NCBI GenBank assembly: GCA_965279035.1
Contig: CBDIHM010000003.1
Location: 64,001 to 128,000, forward strand
Length of the DNA stretch: 64,000 nt
Source of the DNA: Bacteroidia bacterium
Lineage (GTDB): Bacteria; Bacteroidota; Bacteroidia; M30B66
Reading direction: 5' to 3'
Shown here piece after piece: positions 36,609-50,136 of the stretch (the stretch's first letter is position 1; every line of letters begins with the position of its first letter). The notes under the pieces are model-generated. The model was given only the letters and a program-made list of their open reading frames with translations. It had not been told where the DNA came from and made no database searches. Made by a program: the position numbers and the translations under genes.

Positions 36609-39147
36609 TCACCCCCGGCCGTGCGAATCCGCCCGGGTGGTGATGACTCGTCTGGGTCATGTGGCTTGCGCTGGGGGAGTGAAAGGCCAAGGGTGCATAT
36701 GAGGCGTGCTCAGGCTCCTGGAGAAATATGATGGGCAAGCGAGAGATGCCGGCGGCTGCTGTGCTGCAAGAGAGTCTTTGTGTACGAGTGTTGTTACTGG
36801 CGGTGTCGTGCATCTTGCAGGGGCAGACAACAGGCAGAGGACCACAGAAAGCCCAGTCTGATTCACCCAATTTTTGGTTTGTTCTGAGCCCGACAGGGTC
36901 TGTGCAAATATGATGTTCATACAGAGGGTCGCATGAATGAGCTCCTCGGCAGCAAGAGTGTCTTGAGGGGCCTGCCCACTGGGGTGGGTGTCTGCGTGTA
37001 CACCAGGGCATGCGATTTCAAATTCATCTTTGTGCTCGCTTTGGCAAGTGATAAATTATTGGACCGGCGGCCCAACGGCTGGCTGCAGAATAGGCTGATG
37101 GGACTGGCATGTGCACGTACGAATGTGCGATGAGAGCGCCCTTTTTCACAAATTCAAGTTTGCCACAGCTGGGTAGTAGGAGTAATTCGCTGCAGACAAA
37201 GCATTACTGGTTTTGTGCTGGGCATTTTCTCTGGGGAGGCATGCTTGCTAGGAAGCCCCCGCTCCCCATGCTTTGCTTGACAGGAGCCTTGGGTCATGTG
37301 TTTTGCACATTTCCCTGCCTCTGTTTGTTGCCGTGAGCATTTCAGCTTGAGCTTCTGGGATATTGATTCAGTGCTGCGCTACACAAGGGACAAAATCTCT
37401 CTTTTTTTTCTGCCCACAGATCTTCCTCTGTTAGTGCACTGGCCAAATGCTGGCCGGTGCAACTGGATTAATAACCATCTTGGGCTTGCATGTCAGTGAC
37501 TGCTTTGATGCCCCCTGCTAGCAGTGGGCTTCTGCTTAGGGCAAATTTCTTTCTTTTTTGTGTCGCTGCAAGGACAATTCCTCTCACGCGTGGGTTGCAA
37601 CTGGAAGGCTTCGTTAGAACTGAAATACAAGAACAATTTTCGCTGCCTTCCAATGTGGTACTCCCTTTTCAGTGGCAGCCCGTGTGCACCCCTATTTGGA
37701 GCTGTCTGATGCTGGGAGAGAAGCAGACTTGATGTCGAGGCAACAAGCCTTCTTACATCTTCAGCTGGACGCTGATTGTATGTGCTTAGAAGTACGCTTG
37801 AGACCACAAAATTTGCCGGGTTGCTTATGGGAGAAAACAGGGCCTGTGATACGGCCCCCCTGTCCTGAGATTTTGGGGAGCGGATTCTGCCGTGCATTCT
37901 TTGAGCAGTGCTTGGGGGTTTAGCACCTGCCACAACCCTGTGTCCTTTTCACGTGCCCCCTGGACCCTAGAGGGATTTGGGACGGGGGCGGTGTAGGAAG
38001 TGGTGGCATGTGCTGTAGACTGTAAGTTGCGCATGCAGAGATTGTCATGCATGACTAATATTTTGCTTGCATTGCCTTCTGCTCAGTCTGTGTCAGCAGG
38101 TCAGTGTGCAGTGTTCTCTAGAGCGCTGTTTGCAGAGAAACCCAATCTTGGTTGCACAGGGCTCTTTCTTGCTTTTGCTGGAAACAATCTGTGAGGTGGC
38201 GCTTGTTGTGTCCATAGGGGTCTCATATCCAGCATTTCTTGTGTCTGTTTTGCGCTGCCCCGGTTCGAAGCTGTGTAGGTACTATAAATGCGGTCTGCAA
38301 TTCCGTTGTTCTTTCTTAGAAATCTGTGAGGTTAACCTGATGGCAATATGGCTGCTTACTAAGAGCCCAGCTGGCATGCGTTTGCTTTGCTGCAGACATC
38401 GCGTACTGGTCTGCACCTATACAGAGACCAATCCTAGATGTGCAGGTCTCTTTGCAGAGCCTTGAACCTCTGAGTGTTTCACAATGCGTTCAAGCTTTTG
38501 CTTTCAGACAATGTTTGTTGTTTTCCCACTGTCATTGCAGCATAGGCGCCTGTAGTGCAGAGTGCTTGGCTGTGCACATTGCAGATACTAATTGTTGAGC
38601 ATTCATGCGTTCTGCTCCTGTGTTATCCCTCTGTAGACCTAGCCGCTGCTTTCTTCATGATCATGGCTGTAAACAGTATGCTTTATGGATTTGCTCATGT
38701 GCAGCTAGTAGCCTCGATCAAGGGCACCCACAATGCTGCATTGCAATTGAATGAAATCGCGGGTTTTGACCCAATGCATTCATATGATGCTGCAACATTG
38801 ACTTCATTGCAGGCTGTACTGTGCAGCTTCCACTTGAACTATTGCTGGCAACTCTCACAGCTAACATTCTACGCATGCATATATATGCCTGCACTGACCA
38901 GCTGGAGTCTCGTGCACGGGCCTCGGCTCGAAGCCGGGTTCTCTGAGAGTCTGCACGCTGAGCCCGGGCTGAAAGCTCATAAGCTTTCGCCAGGAAGTGA
39001 GCTTCAGGGTGCCTTTCCGCACACCTTGCCTGGCTAGATGCGAAACGTGGCTTCACCACCTCACCTCATATCGTGCGGCAAATCTCCAAGCGAAGCCATT
39101 CATGCATGGTGAGCCAGATTTGGCTCCGGAAGGCTTGTCCCGAGTGG

Positions 39148-39167
39148 GTTCCGGAACGTTCCGGAAC
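39148..39167. repeat. Tandem doublet of the self-complementary decamer GTTCCGGAAC (20-bp palindrome)
   Basis: gttccggaac gttccggaac. Confidence 0.9.
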
Positions 39168-39985
39168 GTCCCCCTGTCGATTCCTGAATTCCGCATCCCC
39201 AAAGACTGAAGAATTTGGGAAAAACTTGATACGATTGGAATGCTGTTCAACGATCTGCTCATCATCGGACTGGCACGACAAGGCCAGTAGGATCTTGCCC
39301 CTCTCGGCCTCGATTCTGGTAGCCAGTTTCCAGGCAAGGCAGTCCGGACATAGTAGGAGTCCTAGCTCCTAGAAATAGAAGTTTAAATCGACACACAGCC
39401 CCGTACAGGTGATACGCGTGAGAGTGGCGATGTCACTTGCCCAACATCCTCCAATATCACAAGATGTTGCCAACTTAATCATAAGGTTTAACGAATACTT
39501 AGTACACATAAGCTGCTAGATGTAAGGTATTTACAAAGATTCATATAGTGCCATTTGAAAGCTCTTGATCGCTCTTGCTGTTCCGGAAGATCGCTGGATG
39601 GTGCCTTCTGGTGCATCTACATAATTGATCTTTCATTTGTTGTTGTCGCTAGGCATCATCCACAGCTAAAGGCATGCAATCGCCTTCGTAAAGACCGTTG
39701 AAGTCCCGTGGTCGTACTGCAAGCTTTGGTGATACCTCCAGGTGAGTTCCTCCCTGCATCGTACTGGCCTCACGTGCACCTTCTCTGCTTTCACAAGAGC
39801 AATGTCAGTATCAAAGTACTTCTGTCCTTTGTCCTGCATTCCACAGATCTTGCTGCTGAGGCTTGCGCGATAGGAGTGTTTCTGTGCCATTGCAGGCTGG
39901 GCCTGAGCCAGGATGTCCTAGGTGACAGAGACATCAGCACATGCTCAGCAGCGGAGGCAGTGGAAGAAAACCACATAGAGAGGCC

Positions 39986-42900
39986 ATGGTGCGGTCGTTG
40001 AAGCTGCTGGCACTCTGCGCAGTGCTGGCAGTGTCGTTGTTTTGCCTGGCATCTGGCTGGCAGACAGCGGAGGATGGCACAGTAACTCGCACCACCTCCA
40101 CCAGAGTGTCAATGCTGCGCCGAGCCAAGCAGGACAGCGGCAGCACAGAGCCACAGTCACCCCTCCTGCAGGTGTGCCCCCTGTGGACTTCATTGTAATG
40201 CGGGACACACAGTCTTACTTTGCAGGGGCGGAGTATTGGGGTAGGTATGGGCGTGCAGATACTGAGATATTTCATCTTGAGGGGAGGGGAGGGTATAGAG
40301 GGCATGACTATGCTCGCGGGCATGCTGCCTTGAGCTGCGACGAGCAGAATCTCGGGCTGCAGCAGAAATGCCTCATGTGAGTCTGCAGCGAACCTGCCTG
40401 GACGTGGTGATGACTACGCAGGAGTCGGTCCGCATGCTGTTGATCTGAGCAGGGCTCCTGCGCACCAAACAGGATGCAATGTCAGATGCAGTGATCCTCC
40501 AATATCCGGGACTTCAATCACCAGTTTTCAAGCTTGTCTTGTGCATGCCATCCCTACAATTGTCCAGCTCGTCTGGATGCCGGGGTCCAGAGGTGTGCAT
40601 TACCACCAGCAACCCTTTGACGAAGGGGAATATGGGGGTTGTGGCAGGCGTGGGAGGGTTTCTGCCGCCACAAGCAGGAGTGCGGGCGCCACCCGCAGCC
40701 GCCCACCAAGGCTTATCTCATCAGCCTGCCCGCGGACGAGCCCAAGCGCGCTTACTCCCTCCAGCTGCTGACCGCTCTCGGCCTGGATGTCGAAGTCATC
40801 GACGGCATCAAGAGCGTGCAAGTGGGCGCGATCCGCTTGGCTTGCTGTGTGTTGTGATTTTCTGGGCCCCAAGGCCTCAGTGCCAATCTTTTGCATGATA
40901 TGCAAAGCAGGGATGCTTGAAGCCAGTCCTGGCTTGGTCTGGATGACAAGAGATGGGAGATATTCAACCTGCGCCAGAGCGTGGCAATTCGAGTCCAGTG
41001 TCTCAGTTTTGCGGAATGCCGTTCATATATAAATGTGGCACGCTGTATGTTGCAACAATGTCTGCACTTATGGGCTGGTCGGGAGTGCTCTTCAATCAAA
41101 AGATCACTGTACAATTACCTTGCTGTGCTACGGCTTGTGAGAAGGTGAAGTACAGAGTATCACATAAAAGGGACTCAGTATGCCATGCAAGCATACGTTC
41201 AGTATCAGCGCCACTTCAACTCTGGTTTTTTGGGTTTGTGCATGTCTCTTCCTAACGCTGTGCTGCACCCTTATAGCCCGTACTGCTGAGGTGCCATGTG
41301 TGCTGATGTGCCGATTGTATCCTCGCGCGCAGCTGGGCAGCTTGGAGGAATTCACAGAGTGTGTGCCGGCTGGGTCGGCGGACGACTGTCAGTTTGGGCT
41401 GACGCAATCACACATGAACGTGTGGAAGGCACTCGCCACCAGCCAGCACCAGGCCGCCTGGGTCTTCGAGTGCGCTCCCTCTCTGGCACTGCCTTAAATA
41501 CAAAGCCATATTTAGATGTAGTACTCCCGTTCAATCACCCAGGCAATGTTGGGATATCTTTGATAAGGAAATTATGGGAGACAGCTGCAAAAGTTGTCCA
41601 GCTGGGCGCTCCTTTCAAGTAGTGCGCTGTTTGTGAGGCGAGTTTTAGCAGGGCATTCAACACAGTGCAGCTTGACCTAAAGTAGGTGCAGCATAGGGGT
41701 TGGTTTGGACAGAGTTCAAGGTGGCCATTGCCAAGTCTGGCCAGCTGCAATAAAGCCAAGAGCACCGATGTCACCTGTCAGATAAATCAATGTAGGTGTC
41801 TTGCTGCAATGCAAGTTCTTGTAGTACTGATTGAAGCTTCAGGGTGCTGCAGAGTGTGGGCCGCTAAGCAACGTCATTCGCAAGGCAGAGAGCATGAAAA
41901 GCCGGCATGCATGTGCAGGGATGACGTGGTGTTTCATGACGATTTCCTGACGCTGTTCCCAAAGTACTGGGCGGCGGTGCCCCACAACTATGAGTACATC
42001 GCAGTGGGCATGATTCCCCGCCACTTCAACGTGTCCAAAGAGGCTGTCTACGGTGGGGTTCCCCTTCTTTTTGTTCCTTCTATTGAAGGGTGCTTTATTG
42101 AAGGATGTCCTGCCCTTGAATCGTGTCGGCAAATCGTTGTAGGCCAGAGCTGAGTGAAGGGAAGCAGTGAGAGACCCTCACGCGTTGGGAAGCCAGCAGT
42201 TGCACCTGACTATCATTCAGAGCTTGGTGATTCACCACTGCAGACACTTTGCTTATTGTTGACAGCTCTGGCCGGTGAAGCTCTTGTGCCCTCTGTCACA
42301 AAGCTGCTGCAGGACTAGCATGCACAGCAGCCAGGTCTTTGTGACTGCACGTGTGACTGCACCAGGGCAGTGAGTCTCTCATTGGCTTGCAAACGGGCTG
42401 GTTTAGCAAAGAGTTCATGAATGTGCACAGCGGGAGCGCATGACCCCAACTTTCAATTTCTCTGGTTGAGTGGGTAGTTCCATTTGAATACACATTTCAG
42501 TAGGTTGGACTGAGCTGAGTCATGCTTGTCGCATGCAGTGGCGCCCGAGGCGATGCCGTGGGGAACCCACGCTTACATAATCAACGCGAGGCAGGCCGAG
42601 CGCATGGCGCTGACGGCTGAGTTGATGGTGGCGCGGGCACGCCATCCCACGGACGACTTCCACACAACTGCCTGGCAGCTGGACGGCGAGGATATAAAGA
42701 TTGACCACTACTTGAGCGTCTACTATTCCGACCTCACCCCCAAGAACGACCGCCGAAGGCGCGCACAGCTTTAACTCTGTATGCCTGGTTTGTTTGGAAG
42801 TTTCTAACTGGAAGGCCGCTGTGTGTGCTTCAGAGTCGAGACTTCTGCAGTGGACTCTAGAGAATCTGTACTAGAGATCCATTGCTGATCACTAGGTCAG

Positions 42901-43854
42901 AATCTTAGGTGTGCACCAGTTGGCTTTGGTGGCTCACATTCCATGCAGCCTGTTGCAGTATGCAACAGTATAGAAAATGTCGTTCCCTGCATAGGAGCTG
43001 CATTTGGAACATGGGCACTGCACAGGCAGTCAGTCTCTCAAGTGATGTTGCCGTGTTGATCAGACAAGTGAATTACCCAAGCTAGAAAGGGAGAGTGAGC
43101 GCATGGGTGTCTCTTGGGTGGATCAGGTGGGTGGTGTTTGACTCGCCGGCGGAGGAGCCGTTCCGTTACGGGAACGTCAGCTGGGCCCGTAATGGGGGCT
43201 GCCAGTGCAGCTGCGCCAACATGGCGGCATGTGCCGCGGAGGGCCGCGCACCTGCCTGGGGCATGGGATTAGTCGCGCAGCACACCTGCCGGGAGCAGGT
43301 CGACCGCGTGCCCGTCTGGCATCAGGTGCGCAGCGTTCTCTCCCACTTTGATTTGAACATGAGTTTGGGTTCGAGGGCACCTTGGACTCCTGAGGCCAAG
43401 ACTACTGCTAGTTGAAACAATTAATGCAAGACGCATATGGGCACTGCGCGAGCACAGGTGGAATGGCAGATGCCCTTCTCCAAATGTAGCAGTGCTCAGA
43501 TATTCCTTGCCTGCGGCAGCTAAGACAAGTTTAATGCAGTTTGCAGATCGGACTTCAGAGCATGGCTAGTAGAATCGGCACCCAATAGCTGTGACTGCAG
43601 GGTGCAGAGTCCATGCATAGCATGCATGATCTATTTTGCGCTGTTTGTGACGGGTTGCCCTGCAATGGTGGTTGCAGGAGATGGCGAGGCTGGAGGCTGC
43701 GGGCAAGGTGCAGCACTGCAGCGAGCTGAGGGCGTGCGGGAGCTTTGTGTGCGAGTACGAGACTCTGTACACGGACGACGGGGAGCCTATGGAAATAGAG
43801 GACTTGGAAGAGGAAGAGCAGGAGGGTGGGGACGAAAACAAGGAAGCCAGCTGA
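39986..43854 (+). CDS. Glycosyltransferase family 25-like, secretory or type-II membrane protein
   Basis: Signal/anchor MVRSLKLLALCAVLAVSLFCLA; AYLISLP...EVIDG; GLTQSHMNVWK...WVFEDDVVF; GTHAYII; IDHYL. Approximate exons: 39986-40171, 40649-40821, 41332-41470, 41919-42053, 42538-42758, 43127-43325, 43678-43854. Confidence 0.8.
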
Positions 43855-44623
43855 GAGGGTCAAGCAGTCCGCATGTTTGCAAATTGCAAAGTGCATAAGG
43901 ACAATTGTTGTCATCATGAGGACATCAAAAGGACAATGTCATGCATAAAGACGTGATCAGCTGACTGCTGTGTGCAAAGCAACTGCACAGGCATCTGCAC
44001 TGAGATATCTGATCGATCACTTGACATTTTGGGCAGCTGCGCCTTTGACAGAGCCTCAGTGAGACTTTTAACGAGCTCGTTGGCATGGATGTAGTGTGAC
44101 ACTGGCAGTGGGTACTATAGTAGTACTACGGCTGAACTGGGTGGTCCTTTCACAAATGATTTGAGCCACCTCTGGTACTTGGCAGCTAGAAATTGAAAGT
44201 AAACACATTGCTGATTCAAAAGTTGCTTGCATGGCATACAAAATTATCAACTGCAAATCTACTTATGCTGGCACGTGTCCGAACTGTCAATTGAGTTGCA
44301 ACGGTCACCGTTTGCCGGCAACGGTTGCCATACCATATTTAGCCAGGGCTGAAGGAGGGGGTGGGAGAATCCTCACAGGTGCAGAGGGGGCCAGCGCCAG
44401 AACGTGGATATTATCTGTGCCCTTGGAGTGCCGCATATTGCAAGCAGCCACAAGAAATCAGAGGCTTACATTCTGTTTAGGCATGACGAGGGAGTTACTC
44501 TATCGATAATTCAACCAGCTGGGGATCAGCTGGAGTCCATGACCTGCTGCTCATGAAGTTTGCGGATGGTTCAGACGCCTGTTTTGAAGAAAGAGATGCT
44601 GAAGCAGTGTCGAAATCTTCGTG

Positions 44624-45950
44624 ATGAAGGCACGAGCAAGTCGTCCTGCCCTGCCGAGTGAGGTTTGGGCCCTCATAGCAAGCAAGACTCCTCTGCAGTA
44701 TTGGGCGAAAGCACAATGTGTTGCAAGGCATTCCGAAAGTTAATATGACAGATCTGTGTTGGATTCAGTAATTCTCCAAACGGTAGGCATGCCGGAGAGC
44801 TTTAAATTTATAAGGCGTGGGAGAACAGGTGCAGCTAAACTCTCAGCGTGGCCATAAAGACAGGAATGGCGGCCAAGTGGTTGGCTTTGCACTTTTTCGA
44901 CATAGGAGTGCTTTCCATCTACCTCAATGTCAATGACGACAGTTCTGATGAACTGGAAAAGTCTGTGTCAGTCCCTGGCAGCATTCCTAAGCTGCCAAAC
45001 CTGCTGCAGCTGATCAATTGCTGCCCGCCATTTTCCAGAGCTGAGTGCAGCAGCATCATAAATAAGTGGGTCAACGCCATCCTTTTTGAGCACTCTGCCA
45101 AGCTTCAAGTGCTGTCTTTGAGCATTGGAGCACTTGATCTGGCCCCGCCTATGCTCCAGCTCAACCACCTCCTGCTCAAGACCAGGGAGATGATATCTGA
45201 TGAATGCTGGAGCAGCCTAAGCTCCCTGTCATGCCTGCAAACACTTCTGGTGGAGGGCTCAAGGTTGTGGGGCTCCGAGTTGTGGAAGGGTCAGGAGTAT
45301 GTTGTGAACATGCGTGGCTGTGTGCAGCTGCAGAGTGTGTGCTTTGCCACCATGCTTCCTTTGTGGTCCGCGTTCCTGAGGCATGCTCCAATGCCATCAA
45401 TTGCTCAGCCAAGCATGTGGTGAATAGGGCATCCTGCATGAAGCAGTGCCACATTGCTCACTTGCATGTGGATCACCTGTTTGAGTCTGTGGATTGGCCA
45501 TACTACAGGATTCTGTTTGGTAACACATGGTACGGTGTCCCGCAGTCCCTCAATCTGACAACTTTGTCGCTGAGGGCACCAGCCGTGGGTACCCCAGAAT
45601 GTCTGATGCTGGTGGATGGTGCCTTGCTTTCTGAGCTGAACACCCTGAGGGTCAAGTGCCAGACAGCTTGCTTGCGTATTGCAACTTCAGCAAAGTTGAC
45701 TAGCCTGAGCATTGACAATGACAAGTCCCTATCCTTGCAATTTGAAGATCAGCAAGCCTTGTGCGCACAGCTGGAACAGTTTAGCTGTTTTGGCACATTG
45801 CATAAATGCAAAGGCGCTCCTGTGCTGGTAGCGAAGGGAACTATCAGAGCGTTTCCCAGGTGCCCAATGGTTCATTCGCATTTTTGATGTCAGTGACGAG
45901 ATGGCCAGAGTCTTCTACTACCCAGCGGATGCTCTTCTGGATGATGTCAA
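44624..45950 (+). pseudogene. F-box-like/leucine-rich protein remnant with frameshifts
   Basis: MKARASRPALPSEVWALIASKTPLQYWAKAQCV shifts frame to CCKAFRKL. LRR-like segments (LQVLSLSI, LNHLLL, LSSLSCLQTLLV, LTTLSL, LNTLRV, LTSLSI) are split between ORFs 44848-45423 and 45204-45887. Confidence 0.6.
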
Positions 45951-46401
45951 GTGCAATTGCCGATGCTGTTCAGAATGCCTTTCCAGGGGTGACACAGCGT
46001 ACCCATTTCCTGAAGAGGTGTAGATTTTTACAGGCACAGTGGGGTCCTTCTCGTCTCAGTAATCGGTATGAGCATTATGTAGAGCTTTGCAACAACCTTT
46101 CATTTCAGAGGTCATGTCATGTGCGGTGCAGAGTAGATCTTACTTATACAGAGGCCACCGTACATGCTGGCATGACTGGATGCAGTTACTAAGTGATGAG
46201 CCCACCATGGCATCTTAAGCTCTGCTAAGCTTTGGCCACTCGCAGTGGACTGTTTTTACCCTGATACCTTACTGTGATCATTAGCAAGTTACATGCCAAT
46301 CAGTTGAATTTGCAGGCTGCAGGCATGTAGCTCTGTTCATCAAAGTCCATTGTTGCACTGCATAGTGCAACCTGCGCTCGATTCCAAATCTTGTAAAAGC
46401 C

Positions 46402-49400
46402 CTAAGGGTCGGTATTTGTGACGGGCACCGTGGTGACCCCTTTGCTATCAGTTTCTTCCTGCCGCTGATTCTGCTCTTGCTGCATGCACGTGTCTTTTCT
46501 ACCCGCTATATCCTCTGTTACCTTCAGCTCGCCCAGATCAACCTCAGTGCCCCATGATTCTTCATCTTGCCCTGCACCTGTTTGACAAGTCCCCTGGTCA
46601 GACCCCCCGCATGCTGACGTCGCTTCAGCCCTGCTGACATCAGCCGCGCTTCCGCCCTCCTCCCCTTTGCTGACCTCACCCGATCGCTCCCCAGATTCGC
46701 TGTCCTCACCCTCGTCCTCAGAGCTGCCGTCCTCGCCAGAACCATCAGATTCGCTGGAAGCATCGTCTGACTCGCTGTCTTCTTCGCTGCTGCTGGGGCC
46801 GTCGCGCGGTGCAACCATGCCCTGCAGGGCGCTCACATAGCTATCCAGAGCGCTGAAGTGCTCCTTCTTGAAGCCGGATGCGGACAGCTTCACATCCAGT
46901 TTCTCCGCAGCTGCCGCTGTTGCTTCCTGCAGCAAGCCAGCACACCTTATCAGGCTTCCACATGAGGCAACGCAGAGAACGGACAGAAGGCCATGCATAC
47001 CGCAACATGTCTGGATCTGCTCTGCAGTGTTCCGATTATACATGTAAAAAGCCCTTGAATAGCTGAACGACCACCTGACGACAACCTAGGGAAAGTTGCT
47101 TATCTGAAAAGGAGCCGCATCTTCCCCTAACGGAAAGCCCAAAGATCATGCTAAAGGCAATCCACGTCACTGCAGCAGCAGTACAGCACAGTACAGCACA
47201 GCATGCATTAAGGAGCCCGTTCAGCTCTGCTTTACTTGCTCCCTAACGGCCTCCCAACCTCAAATTCACCGATCTTCAAGTGCCTGCAGGAGTGCTATTC
47301 ACGCCCACAAGGAGACCTGATCCACTTGATACTAACGACTGCACAAGGCCCGCGAAGGAACTGAAAGAATGGGGGCACGCCTTGAAGTCTGGGCGCAGGT
47401 AGGGCAGGGAGGCGTCCTGTTCGGAGACGTAGCCAAGTTTCTTGGTGAAGAAGCGGATGACGCAGTCGATGTCGCGATCAAACAGCTCCTCTGCATTGGC
47501 GTGGCTGGTTGACACCATCTGGGGAAAGTCTATCAGCGTCACACCGCCCTGCTCGTCCACCTGCATGGAAGGCAGAAACATTAGTCGGTGACCATTGCGC
47601 ACATTGCCAATACTGGGCTGATTTTTACTGCCTGTAGGTAAGGGGAAATGCCTCTGCAACAAAATAACCAGCTTAAGAGATGCACATGACAGAACATAAA
47701 CAAGAGCAGTAAAGTAAGGGATGCCATTCGAAGATTGAATACAGAAATAGCTGCAGGTGGATCTAGACCAGCAAGAGTCCAGATTGTCAGGGAGGGACAA
47801 TCATATCAATCAATGCAGACGGCATATGTCACCATGTGTGAACCTGCTCATGTGCTGCAAGTTTAGCTATATGCCACCCCAGTCACAAGAAGAACGATTG
47901 CACAGCACTGGAGGAGGGTTGCATACCAGGATGTTGAATTCGTTAAAGTCGCAGTGGACGAGGCCCCGGGAGGCCAGGTCCCCAATCATGTCCATCAGCT
48001 GAAGATACACAGCCCCAGGATCCGCCAGTTTCACCTGAGCAGGCGCACATCTCTTGATCACCTGATTTTCAATTTAGGAAACATGCTTCGGCAAATAGGT
48101 ACACCATGATCGGTGGGGGGTATGGCAGTTCCAGCACAGAAAGCGTCTAAGAGGAGCTCTCCAAGCACAACACCAAGTGATACGCTTGGAAAGCCCCCGC
48201 AAAAAGGTCTCTGTGCCAGAGCTGAACCTGCAGCCAACTTCTACAAGCAGCCTGCCACTGTCCCCATCTCTGCAAGAGAGAGGTCAACCAAAGAGATAAG
48301 CAGAGATGGTTGTAAGCGTCTTCGCAGTTCGAGCGGAAAGAACTACTGGAGGAAATCTCCAAGGCACCCATTTTCAGTGAGTGGTTCACAAATCCCCCGG
48401 AATGGCACTCTGTGCCCCCGCCCTCCAAGGTGTTGAAACTATACAACTGATACAAAACCCTTGGAGATCACGAGCGGCATGTGCGAGCATGTGCAGTCAT
48501 CGTGTGTGCCGGGCAGCCCCATCTGTGCTAATGCTGCAATGTCCAAGGACGCCCCCCAAGCCAGCATGTACCACAAAGAGCCTGTCCCGGAGATGTGCAG
48601 GCATGTGGGAGCGGCATGGGTAGCATATGCGCGCACCTGCACGAGGGGCACTGCGTCAACGAGGGACATCAGGACGGCGTGGCGGTTGTGCTCGATCGCG
48701 CGCGGCACCGGGAAGCCGGCCGCTCCGAGAGCCTCCATGAACGCAAACTCCTTGGCCGCCGCCAGTCTCGACAGCCACAGCCAGCTGCGCGCAGGCAACA
48801 CACACATATGCAAGTGCTATGGGGCATCTAGGTGATATTGACAAACCAGGACGCTAAGTGAGCACCAAAATTCCTGATCTGAGCCTGACACCGCAATCAT
48901 TTGGAGTTCTGGGCACAAGTCAAAGTGATGTTGAAGCACATTATGCTGCAGAATTTCACAACCATTAAGCATGGGACAGCACTAGTGTGCATTCCTACAT
49001 GACTAAGGATGCTTCTCTGCTGTCAACACCATGGTTGTAGTGTGACCCTTTCACTTTCACATTTCCAGAAAGGACTGCGTCGGCACCTGAAGGAGTTTCT
49101 GTGCTGCAGGTAGTCGCGCTTCTTCTTGACTGCCCGGAAGGAGGTACGCCCCAGGCGGTGCAGCTTCATCGCCAGCACCTCGCCATCAGCGTTCAGTACC
49201 TGCGCAGGCATAACAGCGTCGCTCTCCTTGTGATATTTTGCATGCATGCTTGCCAATTGGACTCTACTGCTGATTTTGCGTATAACATGCACCAATCCCC
49301 AGGGCACGATACATCATAGGACACGGGGCCATATCCTTGCTCCAGATGAGTGGCTCTGAACCTAGGTCTGGAAAAGCGGATATACAAGAATACGCCAATG

Positions 49401-50136
49401 GATTGCAGAAAATCCCACCCACTCTCATCTGCGGACAAAGTTCAGTCTCCTGCACCTCCTTGCTAGTGCCCACCATGCGTACATCACAACAGGGAGGAGG
49501 CAACCAACAACAGCGGCTGCACCAGGGAGGGGGCATGCCTCGAAAACATCGGACTCCTTGCCGACGCCGATCTGGCGGCCGACGGCGGTGATGGCGCCGC
49601 GCGCGACCAACGCTTTGAGCGCCAGGAAGTCGTAACCGAGGGGAGTCAGGCGGTAGCCGTCGTAGCGGCTGTTGTCATGGTGCACTAGCTTCTGTCGCAG
49701 CAGTGCCTTCAGGCAGCGCTCCACGCCCCCATGCCTGTGCAGGCGCCAGGCTCCCAGATCAGAGAACAAGGCTATCGCCCCCTGGCACCATTCTAGGCCA
49801 GACTAGCGTCTGGATGGCAAGACAAGCGAGATGGTCCTGCAACAGTCTCAATTGCGCATGCTTCCTTCGTCACAGTGATGTTTGCCAGTGTTACAACCAG
49901 GGTCAGAATGGGGCTACTCACTTGAGGCCTGCGATGCTGTCCACCAGAGGGACAGGGACGATATCGTGCTGCAATTCAACACAGAAACGTTGGTTGACAT
50001 CTTCTCAACACTAAATGCACCCAGACTGCACTTCTTGGGTATGTATACTCACGTTCTTTTGGCCGATCTCGACGGCTTGCAGCGTTCTGCTTTCATCCCG
50101 CGATAAATATCGAAGAGCATTGACATCCAATTTCAT
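46402..50136 (-). CDS. RIO2: RIO2 atypical Ser/Thr kinase (40S ribosome biogenesis)
   Basis: MKLDVNALRYLSRD, HDIVPV, YDGYRLTPLGYDFLAL, QIGVGKESDVF, KLHRLGRTSFRAVK, SRLAAAKEFAFM, GLVHCDFNEFNIL, IDFPQMVSTSH, FDRD, and an acidic tail. Approximate exons: 50053-50136, 49921-49968, 49539-49734, 49088-49199, 48637-48783, 47927-48034, 47381-47560, 46402-46927. Confidence 0.96.

Noticed and set aside
36610-39100. Long stretch with several ORFs (e.g. 38555-39037)
   Set aside because: TG/CA-rich and without recognisable motifs or codon bias; probably 3' UTR or intergenic.
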